Positions 61,115 through 64,000 of a stretch of 64,000 bases of DNA are shown here, piece after piece. The position numbers were made by a program, and so were the translations under genes. A model generated the notes under the pieces. The model had not been told where the DNA came from. It did no database searches and saw only the letters and a program-made list of their open reading frames with translations. The DNA is from Alphaproteobacteria bacterium. Its GTDB lineage: Bacteria; Pseudomonadota; Alphaproteobacteria; SP197. The first letter of the stretch is position 1. Every line of letters begins with the position of its first letter. The stretch covers positions 128,001 through 192,000 of the forward strand of contig OZ219920.1 of NCBI GenBank assembly GCA_964291415.2, read 5' to 3'.

Positions 61115-61468
61115 TTACCATGTGCCGTCGCGCACCTCGCGCACCACCCGCAGCAACGCCTCGTCGGGCGCTTCCTTGAGCTGACGGATCAGGTCCGCAA
61201 ACAGGCGTGGACGCTTGCGGATGATGGCCTGCAGGTCGCCCGACACCTTGCCCGCCAGCGCCAGCACGACATCCGGATCCTCGCCGAGTTCCTCCGCCAG
61301 CCTGACCGCCGTCGCCTCCGACGGTGGCGCCACTTCGCCGCGCTCGATCTTGCTGAGATACGCCGGTTCGATGCCGACCCGTCCGGCCACCTGGCGCACC
61401 GAGTAGCGCCGGTCGTCCTCTCGCAGGCGTTCGCGAATGTCGCGGATGGTTTGTCCAAAATGCGTCAT
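61115..61468 (-). CDS. XRE family HTH transcriptional regulator
   Basis: FGQTIR..R...SVRQVA.RVGIEPAYLSKIERGE. Confidence 0.9.
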   Translation of the reverse strand: MTHFGQTIRDIRERLREDDRRYSVRQVAGRVGIEPAYLSKIERGEVAPPSEATAVRLAEELGEDPDVVLALAGKVSGDLQAIIRKRPRLFADLIRQLKEAPDEALLRVVREVRDGTW

Positions 61469-61488
61469 GTGTCGTATATAGTACACAT
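61467..61488. promoter_or_regulatory. Imperfect palindrome abutting the XRE start (probable operator)
   Basis: ATGTGT-CG-TATATA-GT-ACACAT. Confidence 0.6.
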
Positions 61489-61729
61489 TCTGTCGATCGT
61501 CAAGATCCCGGACCAGGCGGATCGGAGCCATCCGCCGGCGAGCGCTCCGGGTCGGCGATGACGGATCGCGACCGGGTCTCTGCGACCTCGGTTCCCGTTC
61601 CATGTCGTCGAGGTCGAGCGCGAACTGGCCGTGCTCCGCAAGTACCGAAGACACGTGCGCGACCCCGTACGGCCTTGCCGGCTCGGGGTCTTCGTCACGT
61701 GCCGGCGGTCGATGTGCTACTTTTTTGAT

Positions 61730-62218
61730 ATGGGGACGACAAGACGATACGGTTTTCGACAGGTGGCGATGGCTGATCTCGATCTGTTGCAGGAATGGCG
61801 ACAAAGGCCACATGTTCGCGAGTGGTGGGACTCAGATGAGTCCGGTGATGAAATGGATCTGGCTGATCCTCGCGTTTCGCGGTGGATTGTCTCGATAGAC
61901 GGACACCCCTTTGCGTACATGCAAGACTACACAGTTCATGGCTGGGAAGATCACCATTTCTTCCGACTTCCAAAGGGTTCTCGGGGCATCGACCAGTACA
62001 TCGGTGAGCCGGACATGATCGAGAAAGGGCATGGCTCTGCCTTCATCGCCGAGCGACTGACGTCGCTCTTTGAGGAAGGGGTTCCAGTGGTCGCAACCGA
62101 TCCGCACCCGGACAATGCGCGTGCTATCGCCGCATACACGCGAGCGGGATTCACGCAATTCGGCGCACCCCAGGTGACCCGGTGGGGACCGATACTTCCG
62201 ATGAAGGTCTGTCGGTAG
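61730..62218 (+). CDS. GNAT N-acetyltransferase (AAC(6')-Ib-like fold)
   Basis: PHVREWW, RGIDQYIG, GHGS and TDPHPDNARAI..Y..AGF motifs. Confidence 0.85.
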   Translation: MGTTRRYGFRQVAMADLDLLQEWRQRPHVREWWDSDESGDEMDLADPRVSRWIVSIDGHPFAYMQDYTVHGWEDHHFFRLPKGSRGIDQYIGEPDMIEKGHGSAFIAERLTSLFEEGVPVVATDPHPDNARAIAAYTRAGFTQFGAPQVTRWGPILPMKVCR

Positions 62219-62431
62219 ATCAACCACGCCGCAAATCCGCTCGGTCCCGAAGCCGGGCCCGCCTGACCAGGTTTGCCGCCCTGCGCCGGAACGACGGCAG
62301 CGTCCAGGGCGGGTTGTATCCCGCCATCCGCCAATCACCTTCGTGCGTCAGGCAGCGCGTGCAAAACCAGGCGGCAGGCATTCTCCGTCAGTGATGACAG
62401 ATCACGGCCGGGTGTGTCCGCTCGCGAGTTC

Positions 62432-63262
62432 CTATTCCATGTCCGAGACCAGGAGGTAGCCGCGGTTCTCGACGGTATCGAATGTCCGCATCGCCGCGAT
62501 CAGGTCATCGGAGCTGACCCATACCCAGGGCGCCCGGTTGGGGTTCACATCCATGATCAGGAAGGAATCGCTCGCCTCATCATACGCCCCGAGCGGGGAA
62601 ATGTGACCGCCACCCTCCTGTCCGAGGGTTCGGCGCGCATAGTTGACCAGCACGTAATCGTCTCCGGAGGCGAGGTTCGCGGCGATCTCGCGCCTGATCG
62701 CGTCAGCGTCCGCGTCGTCGTCCACGACCCGTGTTTCAACCTTGAGACCGTGGCTGCGCAGGACCTGCGCCAACTGGCTGAGCTGCAGGCCGAAATCGCT
62801 CATCGCTTCGCCCTTGATGAGGATGGGCTTGCCCAGCACTTCGAGCCGCGTTTTCGTCTCCTCGTTGAGGACGTTGTTCGGAGTGTACTTTCCGTAGAAC
62901 GGGTCCGCCCCCTCCCAGAGCCAGGCCATCTCGTCTTCCGCGATGGATTGGCGATCCTTCGGCAATCCCTCCTTCCTGCCCAGCCGCAGCGCGTTCAGCA
63001 CGATGGCCGAGGAGACCGGACCGCAGAAAATGCTGTTGTCCTGGCTGATGAAGTGATTGCTGAGGGGGAAGAAGTCCGTCTTGTGGGACGAGCTGGAAAG
63101 ACGCTCGATGCTCTCCCTGGACTCCCATTCGACGAGGACTGCAGGCAGCGACTGCGTGCTGCCCGTGGCATGACCTTCCGTAGGGGAGACCACGAGGGCG
63201 CACAGCAGAGCCACGAGCGGAGCAAGCGCGGTGAACCCTGCTTCGCGCCTCCTCTTCTCCAC
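62432..63262 (-). CDS. Phytochelatin synthase-like (papain fold) exported protein
   Basis: Q....FCGPVS..IVLNAL and GHISPLGAYD...FLIMDV give the Cys-His-Asp triad. Signal-like N-terminus; start uncertain. Confidence 0.85.
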   Translation of the reverse strand: MEKRRREAGFTALAPLVALLCALVVSPTEGHATGSTQSLPAVLVEWESRESIERLSSSSHKTDFFPLSNHFISQDNSIFCGPVSSAIVLNALRLGRKEGLPKDRQSIAEDEMAWLWEGADPFYGKYTPNNVLNEETKTRLEVLGKPILIKGEAMSDFGLQLSQLAQVLRSHGLKVETRVVDDDADADAIRREIAANLASGDDYVLVNYARRTLGQEGGGHISPLGAYDEASDSFLIMDVNPNRAPWVWVSSDDLIAAMRTFDTVENRGYLLVSDME

Positions 63263-63614
63263 GCCGGCATTGCACGTCGCGCCAACGGTCCGGGAACGCC
63301 TGTTCCTCGTTGTCCCTGCCGGATGAACCGGCTCCAGTCGCACCATGGCGAAATCTCCTTCAACGACTGTCCACGGCCCCGGCGGAATCAACTTTCCTCC
63401 GGTGGAGCTTCCCCGGGGATGTCGACGTCGGCAAGCGCCTCGCAAGCCGCTCGATTGCCCGCATTGGCGGGCACATGCGGTATCGCACATGACAATGCGA
63501 TTCAACATCGCCTGCGCATGACGATCACCTTGGCCGGACAGGTCGCTTTCAGGCTTCAGGCGCTGCACCGGCCGGGACACCGCATGTGCGGCGTCAGGCC
63601 ATCATGCTGGCCAA

Positions 63615-63639
63615 TGGGCGGACCATGAAGGTCCGCCCA
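63615..63639. terminator. Hairpin downstream of katG
   Basis: tgggcggacc-atgaa-ggtccgccca, a 10-bp stem with no U-tract. Confidence 0.4.
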
Positions 63640-63697
63640 GCCAACCACGAGGAACCGGCTTCCCGTGCCTATCTCGTCGTGGGCTCCTTTCCTTCGC

Positions 63698-64000
<303 letters not shown>

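Noticed and set aside
61730-62218. Bona fide aminoglycoside resistance gene
   Set aside because: Only fold-level resemblance to AAC(6')-Ib, with no integron or attC context seen.

Overview
A GC-rich (by eye about two-thirds G+C, not computed) chromosomal window. Gene content suggests a heterotrophic alphaproteobacterium, possibly a marine-invertebrate symbiont; this is inference. Catabolic and transport blocks include an HcnABC/Oox-like oxidase, a CocE hydrolase with tandem peptide-type binding proteins, dpp-like ABC and amidase, a form II CoxL-like molybdoenzyme, sulfatase and dioxygenases, MttB with dimethylglycine dehydrogenase, malonyl-CoA decarboxylase, a phytochelatin synthase-like protein and partial katG. 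These alternate with toxin-antitoxin genes (MazEF, AbiEii-like, Fic, VapBC) and short decayed remnants (IS110 twice, TnpB, serine resolvase, group II intron RT, DUF4338, a STAND/NACHT-type C-terminus, Fic twice, HAD). The best candidate for an undescribed system is a three-gene ABC importer at 15522-18558. Its binding protein resembles Vibrio LuxP (the borated AI-2 receptor) end to end and keeps the borate-contacting residues, yet it is paired with a permease and ATPase rather than LuxQ. Also notable: an autotransporter split by two compensating single-base frameshifts, a dioxygenase-sulfatase cassette bracketed by a duplicated Fic 3' end, and tandem binding-protein paralogs. No rRNA, tRNA or CRISPR array was found. 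All family calls are by-eye motif recognition without database searches, and several starts were re-picked relative to the ORF track.
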